From contig JBGTBF010000043.1 in the NCBI GenBank assembly GCA_041749515.1, positions 85,526-149,525 on the forward strand: 64,000 nt of DNA, in the 5' to 3' direction. A program made the position numbers and the translations under genes. Origin of the DNA: Planctomycetaceae bacterium (GTDB lineage Bacteria; Planctomycetota; Planctomycetia; Planctomycetales; Planctomycetaceae). Below, piece by piece: positions 29,105 to 38,529 of the stretch (positions are counted from its first letter, which is position 1; each line of letters starts with the position of its first letter). The notes beneath the pieces were generated by a model. It saw only the letters and a program-made list of their open reading frames with translations. It was not told the origin of the DNA and ran no database searches.

Positions 29105-29875
29105 TTGCTCCGGGTTGATAGTTGGTTGTCCGCGTCTGAAAGGTTATACGTGGCAATCCTCTTTCTGCAAGAGGGCCTGCCAATCCAGATCACGTATTTA
29201 TACGTGTGTTGTGCCATCATCTAAAGACAAATTCTGTGAATCAGATCACATTTCGGGAAAGATTCAGCCTGAAATATTAAGAATACACCAGACGTGGGTT
29301 GGGGCCTCACGCATTTGTTCTCAAGGTGCGATGCGTTCTTCGCGAGTTTTACGTAGTGAAAGTCTTCTGTTTTTATCACGGATTTCAGGTTCTTGATTGA
29401 ATTTTCGGTAATAATGCGGTTCAATCAAGCTGATCACTTGCCTTTGGTTTTGTTGGAGAACTCGTCAATTTGACCGCTATATTTTCTCGTGAGGTCTTTC
29501 CAATCCAGATATCAAGTGAACTCAACTGGTGATTGACGGTGCCCGAAAAGCTCTCAGACAGCGGCGGTACGAGCAGGTACGGCCATGACGAACTGTTATG
29601 ATGCGTTCAACGATTCCGTTCCATTTGGTAGATTTAGGGTGTCCGGTATCAGGAGAGAACCTGGGGAAGATGCGTTGCTGTATTATACAGAATTAAAAAA
29701 CTGTGATGGTGAGCCTTGAATAAAGCGTATAATTCAAGCGATTGATGATGTATTGTGCAGGCTTCAGGTTTGCAAGCGACATCTTTTTAAATTGGCACAA
29801 AGTTTCGCACAAGCTTGAAGACCCGTATCACGGAACGAGTCTCAATGAACTAAAGAATTTCAACAGGTTATCCAG

Positions 29876-32800
29876 ATGTGGCGTCGAGAAGTAATGTGGA
29901 TGTTGGTTTTTCTGTTACTGCCGACGATGGTCCGCGCGGACGCAATCACGGATTACAATCTGGTCGTGACATTCTACAAACAGCAAAAGTGGAAGCTCGC
30001 CGGTGAGACCGCAGAGGACTTCATCAAGAAGTATCCCACTCATGAAAAAGCTCCACTTGCAAGATTGTACTGGGGACAGGCTCTGGTGCATCTGCAAGAC
30101 TTTAATACCGCCCGAAATGAGTTTCGGCTGTTTGTCAAAAGTTCTCCGGAGCATCCAGATCGTCCGCTGGGTATGTACCGGATCGGCGAATGCAGCTACT
30201 TCTTAAACGACTTTACCAGCGCCGAACAGGAACTGATCCTGTTTCTGAACCAGAACCCCAAACACGAATTGACGGAGTGGGGGTATCTGTATTTGGGCGA
30301 GACGCAGTTTCGCCTGAACAAGTTCGCGGAGTCTGCGAAAACGTTCGACCAGTATCGGACGGCCTTTCCCGCAGGTCGACTCATCGACGATGTTGAGTTT
30401 GGACTGGCCCGGGCGGAAGAAGCACTCGGGAATTCTGCGAAGGCGATTGAGCTGTATCAGAACGTTGCGAATCGCACGAGCAGCCCACGCGCTCCAGAGG
30501 CACAGTTCAACATTGGTTCCCGGTATTTTGATGAAAAGCAATATCAACAGGCTGCAACCGCGTTTGAAACCGTCGCACAGAAATTTGCCGAACATGCTCT
30601 TGCTCCGCTCGCTTTTTTAAATGCAGGTTATGCTCGCTATTATTTACAGGAATATCAGCCTGCAATTGCCTTGTTCGAACAAGCATCCAAAGACCCGCAG
30701 CAACAAGAGACCGCGCGCTACTGGGTGGGCTTGAGTCAAAAGTCTATCGGAGAATTTGAGGCGGCGAGCAACACATTTGAAACTTCGTTAAGGGAAAAAC
30801 CGCAGCAAACGCTCGCTGAGAATTTGTACTTTCAATGGGGCGATGCGGAACTTCGCAAGCGTGACTTTAAGCGGGCGATTCAGATCTTCAATCAGACCGT
30901 TGAGAAATGGCCGCAGGGAGACTTCGCCGATGATGCGTTGCATTCGGCATGTGAGGCTGCATTTCAATTACAGGACTACAAACTTGCAGAACAAATCCAC
31001 CAGAAGTTTCAGCAGGACTATGCAACCAGCGGTTTGAGACTGTTGCAGGATTTGCTTTATGGACGTTTGCTCGTTGCCGAGGGTGATGCTCTTGAAGACA
31101 AATCTGAGGCGCTGAAAAAGTTCGAACTGGCTGCCACTTTATTGAAAGAAGTCGCGGAGAAATCGACCGTCGATCTCACGTCTAACGAGGCTCGTTATCA
31201 ACTCGCCCGCAGTTACGAGCGTATGGAAAAGGATGCAGAGGTTGTCGCCACTTTGGAAGTGTTGCTCACCAGGCAAGAGCTCATGACCCCTCAGGCAATT
31301 CAAGATTCTTTGCTGCTCCAGGCCAATTCGCTGTTGAGATTGAAAGAGTATCCAAAAGCAATTATCAGTTATCAGAAATTTATTGACAGCGCCGGTTCCC
31401 CCGAAGAGAAACTGCAAGGCCTGGCAGGGATTGCAAGTGCTCAGATTGCAACGCAAGACTGGGAGAGTTTGAAGCAATCGCTCACCGAACTTGCAAGTTC
31501 TGATCCCGCAGATACGCAACTCAGCCGAATAGCGGTCGCAGCAGGTGATGCCGCTTTTGATGCTGGGTTATGGGTTCCCTCGGCAGAGTTCTTTCAGCAG
31601 GTCGTCAAACTCGGTGAAGCGGGCAGATACTATATTGTAGCGCTCTCGGGGCTGGGACACGCACAGTATGAGCAGGCACAATTCAAAGCGGCAGCGGAAT
31701 CGTTCGAGCAACTGACCAAGATCAATGTCGAAGATAAGGTATTGCTCTCACATGCAGTTTACATGGTAGGTTTGTCCCAGAGACGTGCAGAGCAAATCGA
31801 GACTGCGCTCGTGTGGTATCAACGGGGGGCGAAGGACTTTTCGATTGCCAACAAAGAGGCTCCCACAGAAACCGATCTTAAGATCGGCCTGAATGCATAT
31901 CGTTCTGCAAAAGGGGGAGCACGCACTGCTCGCGAAGTCGACAAGACGGAGCTCGCCGATCAACTCTACTCTGCTGCTTACGGGGAACTCAAGAAGCAAC
32001 CGCTCGCCGAACAAACGGAACTTGATCTGCTTATCAATGAATGGGCTGACCTGAGCTACAACGCAGAGAACTACGCACGCTCTGACGAGTTATATGCCCT
32101 GCTTGTCAAAGAGCGTCCGGAAAGTGATCTTGCTGACGATGCCCAGTTAATCCTGACCGAGAGTTTGCGATATCAAGGCAACCTGGAAGAAGCCCTCGCG
32201 AAGTTTCAACAACTTGCCGAAGCGAACACCTCTGATGATTTCGTCAAGCAACGCTCGCTGGTCCACCTGCTGGATTTAGCGGCAGAGAAGTCAGACTGGC
32301 AAAGCGTTTTAAGCTCTGCGGAAAAGTTGGAAGAGGCATTCCCAAACAATAACCATCAAACATATATCAAGTACCGCATGGGTGAAGCGCAGTTGCAATC
32401 GAAGAATTACCCCAAGGCGATCGAGATTTTAGAGGCACTTAAAGTCGAACTTTCCGCAGATCTTCTGAATGCCCCCCCCTGGTGGCCAGAAGCCTGGTTA
32501 CTTTTGGGGGAAGCACTTTTTCGCACAAAGAACTACTCCGAACTCGACAAAGTGGTTGCTGAACTCAAAGAAAAAGCGGCCGCATCCCCTCTTATTTATC
32601 GGGCAGATGCATTGGTCGGGCAAAGCTTTGAAAGTCAGGCAAAGTTCGAAGAGGCCCGCGAAGCGTATTTGAGAGTGGTAGACTCAAAAGACGGAAATGG
32701 AACAGAAACCGCCGCAGAATGTCAATTTCGCATTGCAGAATCTTATCTAAAGCAGAAGAATTACCAAACAGCTTACAAAGAGTACTACAAAGTTTACGCT

Positions 32801-33004
32801 GGTTATGAATCAGAGACATACGAACCCGCTGCGCTCTATCAAGCAGGTCGTTGTGATTCCTCTCTGAAAAACTGGCGAGGTGCGGTATTATCCTACAAAA
32901 CACTTATCGACGAATTCCCAAACAGTGAGTATGTTGAAAAAGCTGAGCAGGAAATCGCAGAGATTCAGAAGGCGTTTCCAGAATTAAAAGAGACATTGCA
33001 GTAG
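29876..33004 (+). CDS. Large tetratricopeptide-repeat (TPR) protein with signal peptide, 1042 aa
   Basis: Over 20 TPR-like helical hairpins (…AKAIELYQNVA…, …YYLQEYQPAIALFEQA…). Signal peptide MWMLVFLLLPTMVRA. First gene of an apparent operon. Confidence 0.8.
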   Translation: MWRREVMWMLVFLLLPTMVRADAITDYNLVVTFYKQQKWKLAGETAEDFIKKYPTHEKAPLARLYWGQALVHLQDFNTARNEFRLFVKSSPEHPDRPLGMYRIGECSYFLNDFTSAEQELILFLNQNPKHELTEWGYLYLGETQFRLNKFAESAKTFDQYRTAFPAGRLIDDVEFGLARAEEALGNSAKAIELYQNVANRTSSPRAPEAQFNIGSRYFDEKQYQQAATAFETVAQKFAEHALAPLAFLNAGYARYYLQEYQPAIALFEQASKDPQQQETARYWVGLSQKSIGEFEAASNTFETSLREKPQQTLAENLYFQWGDAELRKRDFKRAIQIFNQTVEKWPQGDFADDALHSACEAAFQLQDYKLAEQIHQKFQQDYATSGLRLLQDLLYGRLLVAEGDALEDKSEALKKFELAATLLKEVAEKSTVDLTSNEARYQLARSYERMEKDAEVVATLEVLLTRQELMTPQAIQDSLLLQANSLLRLKEYPKAIISYQKFIDSAGSPEEKLQGLAGIASAQIATQDWESLKQSLTELASSDPADTQLSRIAVAAGDAAFDAGLWVPSAEFFQQVVKLGEAGRYYIVALSGLGHAQYEQAQFKAAAESFEQLTKINVEDKVLLSHAVYMVGLSQRRAEQIETALVWYQRGAKDFSIANKEAPTETDLKIGLNAYRSAKGGARTAREVDKTELADQLYSAAYGELKKQPLAEQTELDLLINEWADLSYNAENYARSDELYALLVKERPESDLADDAQLILTESLRYQGNLEEALAKFQQLAEANTSDDFVKQRSLVHLLDLAAEKSDWQSVLSSAEKLEEAFPNNNHQTYIKYRMGEAQLQSKNYPKAIEILEALKVELSADLLNAPPWWPEAWLLLGEALFRTKNYSELDKVVAELKEKAAASPLIYRADALVGQSFESQAKFEEAREAYLRVVDSKDGNGTETAAECQFRIAESYLKQKNYQTAYKEYYKVYAGYESETYEPAALYQAGRCDSSLKNWRGAVLSYKTLIDEFPNSEYVEKAEQEIAEIQKAFPELKETLQ

Positions 33005-33028
33005 ACCTTTCAAAGAAAGAAGACGACG

Positions 33029-33964
33029 GTGAAGGATCAATCGAGTTTCTTGTGCAAGGCAAGGTTGCCAAAGCGAAAAGTTGTCTCAGCGCTGCTGACG
33101 CTGATCGTGCTTGCGATTTCAACAAGTCGCAGCAGCGCTCAGGAGATCGACCTGGGGATTCCCTCTCCAGCCCCTGTCGGCGTGCCTGAAGGTCTCCCTG
33201 TTCAGCCGCCCACAGCACTCGAAACGCCTGCAACCGAAGAGGATTCTATCTCTTCCGGGATTGCCGGATTGCTCCCCACAAATATCCTGCAACTTGCAAA
33301 ATCGCTGAACTACTGGATCATCCCATTTGGTCTTGCGACGTTTATTGCCCTGTGGTTTACCACTGAGAGAATTGTCGTTCTGCGTCGTGGTCGCGTGATT
33401 CCCCGACCGTTCGTTCGAAAGCTTTTACAGCTTCTCGAAGATGGCGAAATTGACCGCGAAGAAGCGATTCAGGTTTGCGAAGAAAACAACAGTCCCGTCG
33501 CACATGTGTTTGCCCACGGGGTACGCAAATGGGGGAAACCAAGCGTCGAAGTCGAACAGGCCATCATTGACGGTGGAGAGCGTCAGATCAGCGTATTACG
33601 CAAGCACCTGCGGGTCATCAACGGTGTCGCCACAGTCACACCGCTGATTGGGTTATTGGGTACGGTTTGGGGAATGCTGGAAGCGTTTAACAAAATTGCT
33701 GAAGCAGGTGCGAAGGGAAATACGGATCAACTCGCTTCAGGGATCGCACTGGCACTGGTCACCACAGCTGCCGGTCTGGTAATCGCCATCCCGTCGCTGA
33801 TTGCCTACATGTACTTATCCGGACGTGTTGATTCGCTCGTTATGGAAATGGACGATTTAGCCCAGAAGGTGATCCAAAATATTTCTGCTGAGGGACTCTC
33901 CGAACGAACGACCCGCCCTCGAAAGATTCCTAAAGAAAACCCTTCCTCGAAAAAAGCGGTGTAA
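33029..33964 (+). CDS. MotA/TolQ/ExbB proton-channel family protein
   Basis: Three TM helices with the family's conserved core (…[18 protein letters not shown]…[32 protein letters not shown]). N-terminal signal-peptide-like segment. 25 bp downstream of the TPR gene. Confidence 0.85.
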   Translation: MKDQSSFLCKARLPKRKVVSALLTLIVLAISTSRSSAQEIDLGIPSPAPVGVPEGLPVQPPTALETPATEEDSISSGIAGLLPTNILQLAKSLNYWIIPFGLATFIALWFTTERIVVLRRGRVIPRPFVRKLLQLLEDGEIDREEAIQVCEENNSPVAHVFAHGVRKWGKPSVEVEQAIIDGGERQISVLRKHLRVINGVATVTPLIGLLGTVWGMLEAFNKIAEAGAKGNTDQLASGIALALVTTAAGLVIAIPSLIAYMYLSGRVDSLVMEMDDLAQKVIQNISAEGLSERTTRPRKIPKENPSSKKAV

Positions 33965-34083
33965 TTACCGACCAGAACTCATCCGGTTTCTGAATAGATT
34001 TGTCTGCAAAGCCTCATCTTTCCAAAATCTGGTGCCAAAAGTCAGGCTTGTAAAAGTCAGACTTACAAAAAGAATTTCTTTCG

Positions 34084-35151
34084 ATGCGATTTCAAAAAAA
34101 CATCTCTCCGCCCCCTTATCTAAATCGACGCGATCAGTACCGAATGCTGATGATGGTGGGACTGTTGATGCTGATTGTCATCGGGATCAAATACACCGCA
34201 GACCCCGCTAACTGGCAATGGTTTTTTAATCTCGATAAACAACCTGCACAAACCGAGATGGAGTTGAAAGAACTCAAACTTGACGATATCGATTTTCAGA
34301 TCAAGCCGGAAAGGAACGGCTCTCTGCCCGCTGAGACTTTCATTGCACTCGAATCAGAGACCACTCCGCAAGTAGTCTTTGGCTCTAAAAATGAGATTGG
34401 TCAATTCCCCAAAGAACTTCTGTCCGACATCAAAGACCAACAGCTCAAACTTCTTCGTCGCGAGCAACCCGCACTCGAAGCGATTGTCCAGCACCTTAAA
34501 TCCACCTCGCAACAAGAATTGGAAGATGCTGCAAACAGATCGGTCGGTTTTCGCGTCATAAATGTCGAACCAGATGCTTATCGCGGTATGCTGATAAGAA
34601 TTGAAGGGACTCTTCGTAACTTTACTTCCTTTCCGTTCGGCGACAGTCAGACAACTGCTGACGATCTGTATCAGGGCTGGGTCTTTACGGACGATTCTGG
34701 CAGCAAACCATGGATGATTCTCTGCACCGAAAAACCGACCGGATTGGAACTGCAAGAGCGAATGGAAGTTCCTATGACCGTCTCCGGTTACTTCTTCAAG
34801 CGCTACGGGTATCAGTCCGAAGGAGGCATGAACGTTGCTCCGTTGCTGATTGCAAAGTCAATCTCTCTACAACCGATTCGGCAAGCGCGACATGTGCGCA
34901 ACGAAAACATCAGCCTGTATGTGATCTGGGTACTGGGCATAATTTCGCTCCTCTTCGCTCTCATGATTTGGAGATTCTACGCCAGCGATAAAAAATACGA
35001 GAACAGCCACCTCGCTCAGATTGCCGAGTCGAGAAGAGACGCAGACCCCGAAGCGATCAAGCAACTCAACCTGTTGCCAACCATCGATCAACAGGGATTG
35101 TTCAAACATATTCGTGAATCGGACAACAGCGAAGAAAAGCTTAACCCGTAG
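34084..35151 (+). CDS. Hypothetical 2-TM membrane protein (N- and C-terminal anchors, about 250-aa periplasmic domain)
   Basis: Helices at MLMMVGLLMLIVIGI and LYVIWVLGIISLLFALMIW. No ExbD/TolR or TonB signature. Confidence 0.6.
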   Translation: MRFQKNISPPPYLNRRDQYRMLMMVGLLMLIVIGIKYTADPANWQWFFNLDKQPAQTEMELKELKLDDIDFQIKPERNGSLPAETFIALESETTPQVVFGSKNEIGQFPKELLSDIKDQQLKLLRREQPALEAIVQHLKSTSQQELEDAANRSVGFRVINVEPDAYRGMLIRIEGTLRNFTSFPFGDSQTTADDLYQGWVFTDDSGSKPWMILCTEKPTGLELQERMEVPMTVSGYFFKRYGYQSEGGMNVAPLLIAKSISLQPIRQARHVRNENISLYVIWVLGIISLLFALMIWRFYASDKKYENSHLAQIAESRRDADPEAIKQLNLLPTIDQQGLFKHIRESDNSEEKLNP

Positions 35152-35556
35152 TGCCTTGTCTGGTTTTGTTGATTGGGGGACAGCTCGACGAAATGCGTGA
35201 TGTTGTCGTTTAATCCACGTCCACTCCACTTTACAAAAAAGGTAAAGGAATTCCGCGTTCCCCCCGATCTGAAAGCAGGAGCGATTTCAGCAGTCGCCAC
35301 GCGCTCGCCTTTGACGTGTTTGCCCGGAGATGAAGATCAACTCTTTTTGAACTCAAACTCAGGAGTTTTCATCGCTTACGAAAATGTGAAATATCGGTTT
35401 GAACTGACCTCAGTTGTTTTACGTTTGGTCTCCGGGAGGGTAGGATTTGAGAATTCACAGAGATGTCTTGATAAAACACAAAATTGCAGCCGACGGTTCC
35501 CTTCACGGAAACCTGCATCACAGTTATTAAACCTCACATTCACGAAAGGCATAGTC

Positions 35557-36678
35557 ATGGGACTCTTCGATAAACTACGCGCAGAATTGATCGACATCAT
35601 CGAGTGGGTCGATGATTCCAGACACACGATTGCCTGGCGATTTCCTCGCTATCATAACGAAATTAAGAACGGTGCGCAGTTGATCGTGCGGCCCGGACAG
35701 ATGGCGGTATTTGTGCATCGCGGTCAACTTGCCGATGTGTTTGAGCCGGGACACTATGATGTTAAAACAGACAACCTGCCAATTCTCAGCACAATTGCAG
35801 GCTGGAAATATGGTTTCAACAGCCCCTTCAAAGCAGAAGTCTATTTCGTAAATACCCGGCAAATCACCGACCTGAAATGGGGAACTCCCAATCCGGTGAT
35901 GCTTCGTGATGCAGACTTTGGTCCGATTCGACTACGGGCCTTCGGCACGTATTCCATGAAAGCGGTCGAACCGAAAGCCTTGTTGACCGAACTCATTGGC
36001 ACAGACTCGGAGTTTGAAGTCGACGAGATTAACGAACTCATGCGCGCGATCATTGCCTCTGCGTTTGCTGATCTTCTGGGGAGTTCACAGATCAGTGCCC
36101 TCGACCTGGCTGCCAATTATCGAGAGCTTTCAGAAAAACTCCGAGAGATGGTGATCGAACGAGTCGATGATGAGTACGGCCTTGACATCCCACAGTTCCA
36201 TATCGTCAATGTTTCGTTCCCTGAAGAGGTCGAAAAAGCACTTGATACCCGCTCCAGCATGGGAGTGATTGGAGACCTGAATCAGTTCCAGCAATTCCAG
36301 ATGGGAAAAGCGATGATGGCGGCTGCCGAAAACCAATCCGGTGGCGGAGCAGCTGAAGGCATGGGCCTTGGTATGGGATTCGCCATGGCCAACCGCATGG
36401 CAACCGGCATGGGTGGGCCAATGGGCGGCATGTCGGCCCCAATGGGACCACCTCCACTTCCAATGGAAATGTGGCACGTGGCAACTGGCGGAAAATCCGA
36501 TGGCCCCTATACAATTCAGCAGATGGCGCAGGGAGTTCAAAACGGACAATTACAAAAAGGGACGCTCGTCTGGAGCCAAGCTATCAGCAACTGGACCCCC
36601 GTCGAACAAGTCCCGCAACTTGCTCCTCTCTTCAACGCTGTACCACCATCACCGCCACCGATCCCGCCGGTTGATTAA
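35557..36678 (+). CDS. SPFH/band-7 family protein (Band_7_1/YdjI-like) with Gly/Met-rich linker and C-terminal GYF-like DUF4339 domain
   Basis: RBS aaagg before the ATG at 35557. N-terminus MGLFDKLRAELIDIIEWVDD. Linker GMGLGMGFAMANRMATGMGGPMGGM. C-terminus GPYTIQQMAQGVQNGQLQKGTLVWSQAISNWTPVEQVPQL. The ORF track's extended 5' start (35173) is unlikely. Confidence 0.75.
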   Translation: MGLFDKLRAELIDIIEWVDDSRHTIAWRFPRYHNEIKNGAQLIVRPGQMAVFVHRGQLADVFEPGHYDVKTDNLPILSTIAGWKYGFNSPFKAEVYFVNTRQITDLKWGTPNPVMLRDADFGPIRLRAFGTYSMKAVEPKALLTELIGTDSEFEVDEINELMRAIIASAFADLLGSSQISALDLAANYRELSEKLREMVIERVDDEYGLDIPQFHIVNVSFPEEVEKALDTRSSMGVIGDLNQFQQFQMGKAMMAAAENQSGGGAAEGMGLGMGFAMANRMATGMGGPMGGMSAPMGPPPLPMEMWHVATGGKSDGPYTIQQMAQGVQNGQLQKGTLVWSQAISNWTPVEQVPQLAPLFNAVPPSPPPIPPVD

Positions 36679-36686
36679 TACCCATT

Positions 36687-36717
36687 GTCGCTGACTTCTC
36701 CGAAGTCAGTGGTCAAC
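36687..36717. repeat. Stand-alone copy of the REP-like hairpin module (gtcg-ctgacttc-tcc-gaagtcag-tggtcaac), 8 bp after the SPFH gene stop
   Basis: The stem carries compensatory changes relative to copy A (CTGACTTC/GAAGTCAG versus CTGACCTC/GAGGTCAG). Flanks gtcg…tggtcaac are identical to copy A. Confidence 0.65.
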
Positions 36718-36805
36718 ATGTACACCCGGTCGTCGTTTCAAGACAATTCCATAACTCGTCATTGAACCGGAAGCCGGGGGCAACGCTCAGGCTATTTTTC
36801 ATTTA

Positions 36806-37831
36806 CTACTTTTCATTTAGGGGAACGTCCCGATATGCCTGATGACAGTTCATGCAGTTCTGACCGATCTGAGCAGTGCGAGTGCTGAGAGCTTCCGGGG
36901 GATAAGCTTGTTCCGTATCAGCTCCGAATTTTTTCAAATCGTCTTCCAGTTTTAGAGCGGCTATCTCGGACTCCTGTAACCACTGACGAAACTTCTCGGG
37001 TTGTTGCCGTACTTCTTCTGTTCTCAACATTTCAGTGAAATGCTCTCGCAGCATCAGCACTTCGTGAACCGGCACAATGTCAGGATGCGTTGGCGGCGTC
37101 TTCCAGCCAGCTTCTTCGATCAACTTCAGATGTTCGTATGCATGACCAATCGCCACCATCGCTTCGGCCATGGGAGGAACAGGAGCCGATTCGGGAAACT
37201 CGACTTGAAGTTCTTCAAGCAATGCGATGTCCAGCGGATGAGCCGTTTGAGCAGAAGCGAACAACCCTCGGTAATTCGGACTTGTCCCAGCAATCTTAAG
37301 AATTTGCATCCCCTGATGGGCTGGAATGAATCCTGCCGACACACAGGCCACGCTTGCAGCGACTGGGCTGCGATGCTTGCCGTGGTGGCAATGGATATAG
37401 ATTGGTCCTTCAAGTTCACGTACTGCTTTGGCCAGTTCTTTGGCGCGCTGTTCGGGAATTCCATCGTATCCGTGTGGCAGATGCACATATCGTAACCCGT
37501 ATTTTCTCGCCATCTCAACGTTCGGTCTCATTCCGTCAACGCTGATAATTGTTTTGATATTGAGATCCTTAAGTTCCTGGAAAGCTGCTTCTCCTTGGGG
37601 AAGACCACCAGAAATCACTTTCGCATGCACCTGCACAGGATTCGGCAGATGTTGGGATATTAACTTATGCGGGCCAGCAAATTCAGTAAGATTCGCTGCT
37701 CTTGTAGAAGCCGTTGCAGTAGAACTAGAACCAACATCACTCTCGACTGAGCTGGCAGGGGCAGCAGGCGATCCGTGATAGCATCCAAACGTTGCGACAA
37801 CGGCGAACGTGAGAGTGAGTCTTCTCAGCAT
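36806..37831 (-). CDS. Secreted dual-specificity/tyrosine-phosphatase-like protein (CX5R) fused to a C-terminal helical domain ending in a CxxCH heme-binding motif (class II cytochrome c'-like)
   Basis: Signal peptide MLRRLTLTFAVVATFGC. P-loop HCHHGKHRS. Last 16 residues are CMNCHQAYRDVPLNEK, preceded by about 120 aa of predicted helix. Confidence 0.7.
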   Translation of the reverse strand: MLRRLTLTFAVVATFGCYHGSPAAPASSVESDVGSSSTATASTRAANLTEFAGPHKLISQHLPNPVQVHAKVISGGLPQGEAAFQELKDLNIKTIISVDGMRPNVEMARKYGLRYVHLPHGYDGIPEQRAKELAKAVRELEGPIYIHCHHGKHRSPVAASVACVSAGFIPAHQGMQILKIAGTSPNYRGLFASAQTAHPLDIALLEELQVEFPESAPVPPMAEAMVAIGHAYEHLKLIEEAGWKTPPTHPDIVPVHEVLMLREHFTEMLRTEEVRQQPEKFRQWLQESEIAALKLEDDLKKFGADTEQAYPPEALSTRTAQIGQNCMNCHQAYRDVPLNEK

Positions 37832-38215
37832 ATAAATCCTCCTGGATTGCCTTCAATGGGTCGAACGTATTGCTGCGCGGTGTTTGCTTTTAGTGAGAGT
37901 TTTACAATACCGCAAAATACAGGTAGTGACAAACCCCCGCAATTTGTAACGACTTTAACAAGCATCCATCTGCGCGTGCGTGATGAAGATTTCTCCAATG
38001 AAAGCTTTCTACGTTATGATCGCTTGATTCAGATGACATACGTTCAATAACGCGGAGTTGTTTGCGCTAAACTCATCCTAACCGTTTTGAAGTTTGAAGT
38101 CAGAATTTCCCACATTGCAGGGATGTCGTATTTTTTGATTACGAAACTTGTCGAAGAATCGTTTTTATGAGCCGCAGGGCGCTAATGAGGCTTGTCGATT
38201 GAACGATCGAATGTC

Positions 38216-38310
38216 CGTAGGATAGGCTTCCAGCCTGTCAGTATTCTAAAAATTAAACATCTCAGAATGAACTGTCAGTTGAGTAGACAGGGTGGAAGCC
38301 TATCCTACGA
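38216..38310. repeat. Long imperfect inverted repeat: 24-bp arms with one mismatch, separated by 47 bp, in a 700-bp intergenic region
   Basis: Left arm cgtaggataggcttccagcctgtc (38216-38239). Right arm gacagggtggaagcctatcctacg (38287-38310). An internal ctgtcagt direct repeat lies in the spacer. Confidence 0.6.
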
Positions 38311-38529
38311 TTAAATCAACAAACCGTTAGTCCCGGTTATCGACGAAGCGATACTTTCCTAACCGGGTGGGCTCCCGCCGGGAACGCACTGCGGCTAATT
38401 TTACCAGCGCAGTAATCCGCTACTACACCCACGTTGCAGCTTCAACAAAACTCACCCTCGTAATTTGCCAGAGGTTGGACTATAATCTGGACGTTGCTAT
38501 TTCAGAATGCTTCACTGAATCAAGGGTAA

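Noticed and set aside
33029-33964. Zorya-like (ZorA) anti-phage stator idea for the MotA/ExbB-like gene
   Set aside because: ZorA proteins carry a long C-terminal tail and are followed by ZorB (MotB-like) plus ZorC/D. Here the protein is only 311 aa, there is no MotB/OmpA-like partner, and the neighbours are a TPR protein and an SPFH protein.
35173-35556. 5' extension of the SPFH gene proposed by the ORF track (start 35173)
   Set aside because: The N-terminal 128 codons lack any SPFH homology. The canonical MGLFDKL start at 35557 has a proper RBS. I treat 35152-35556 as an untranslated leader.
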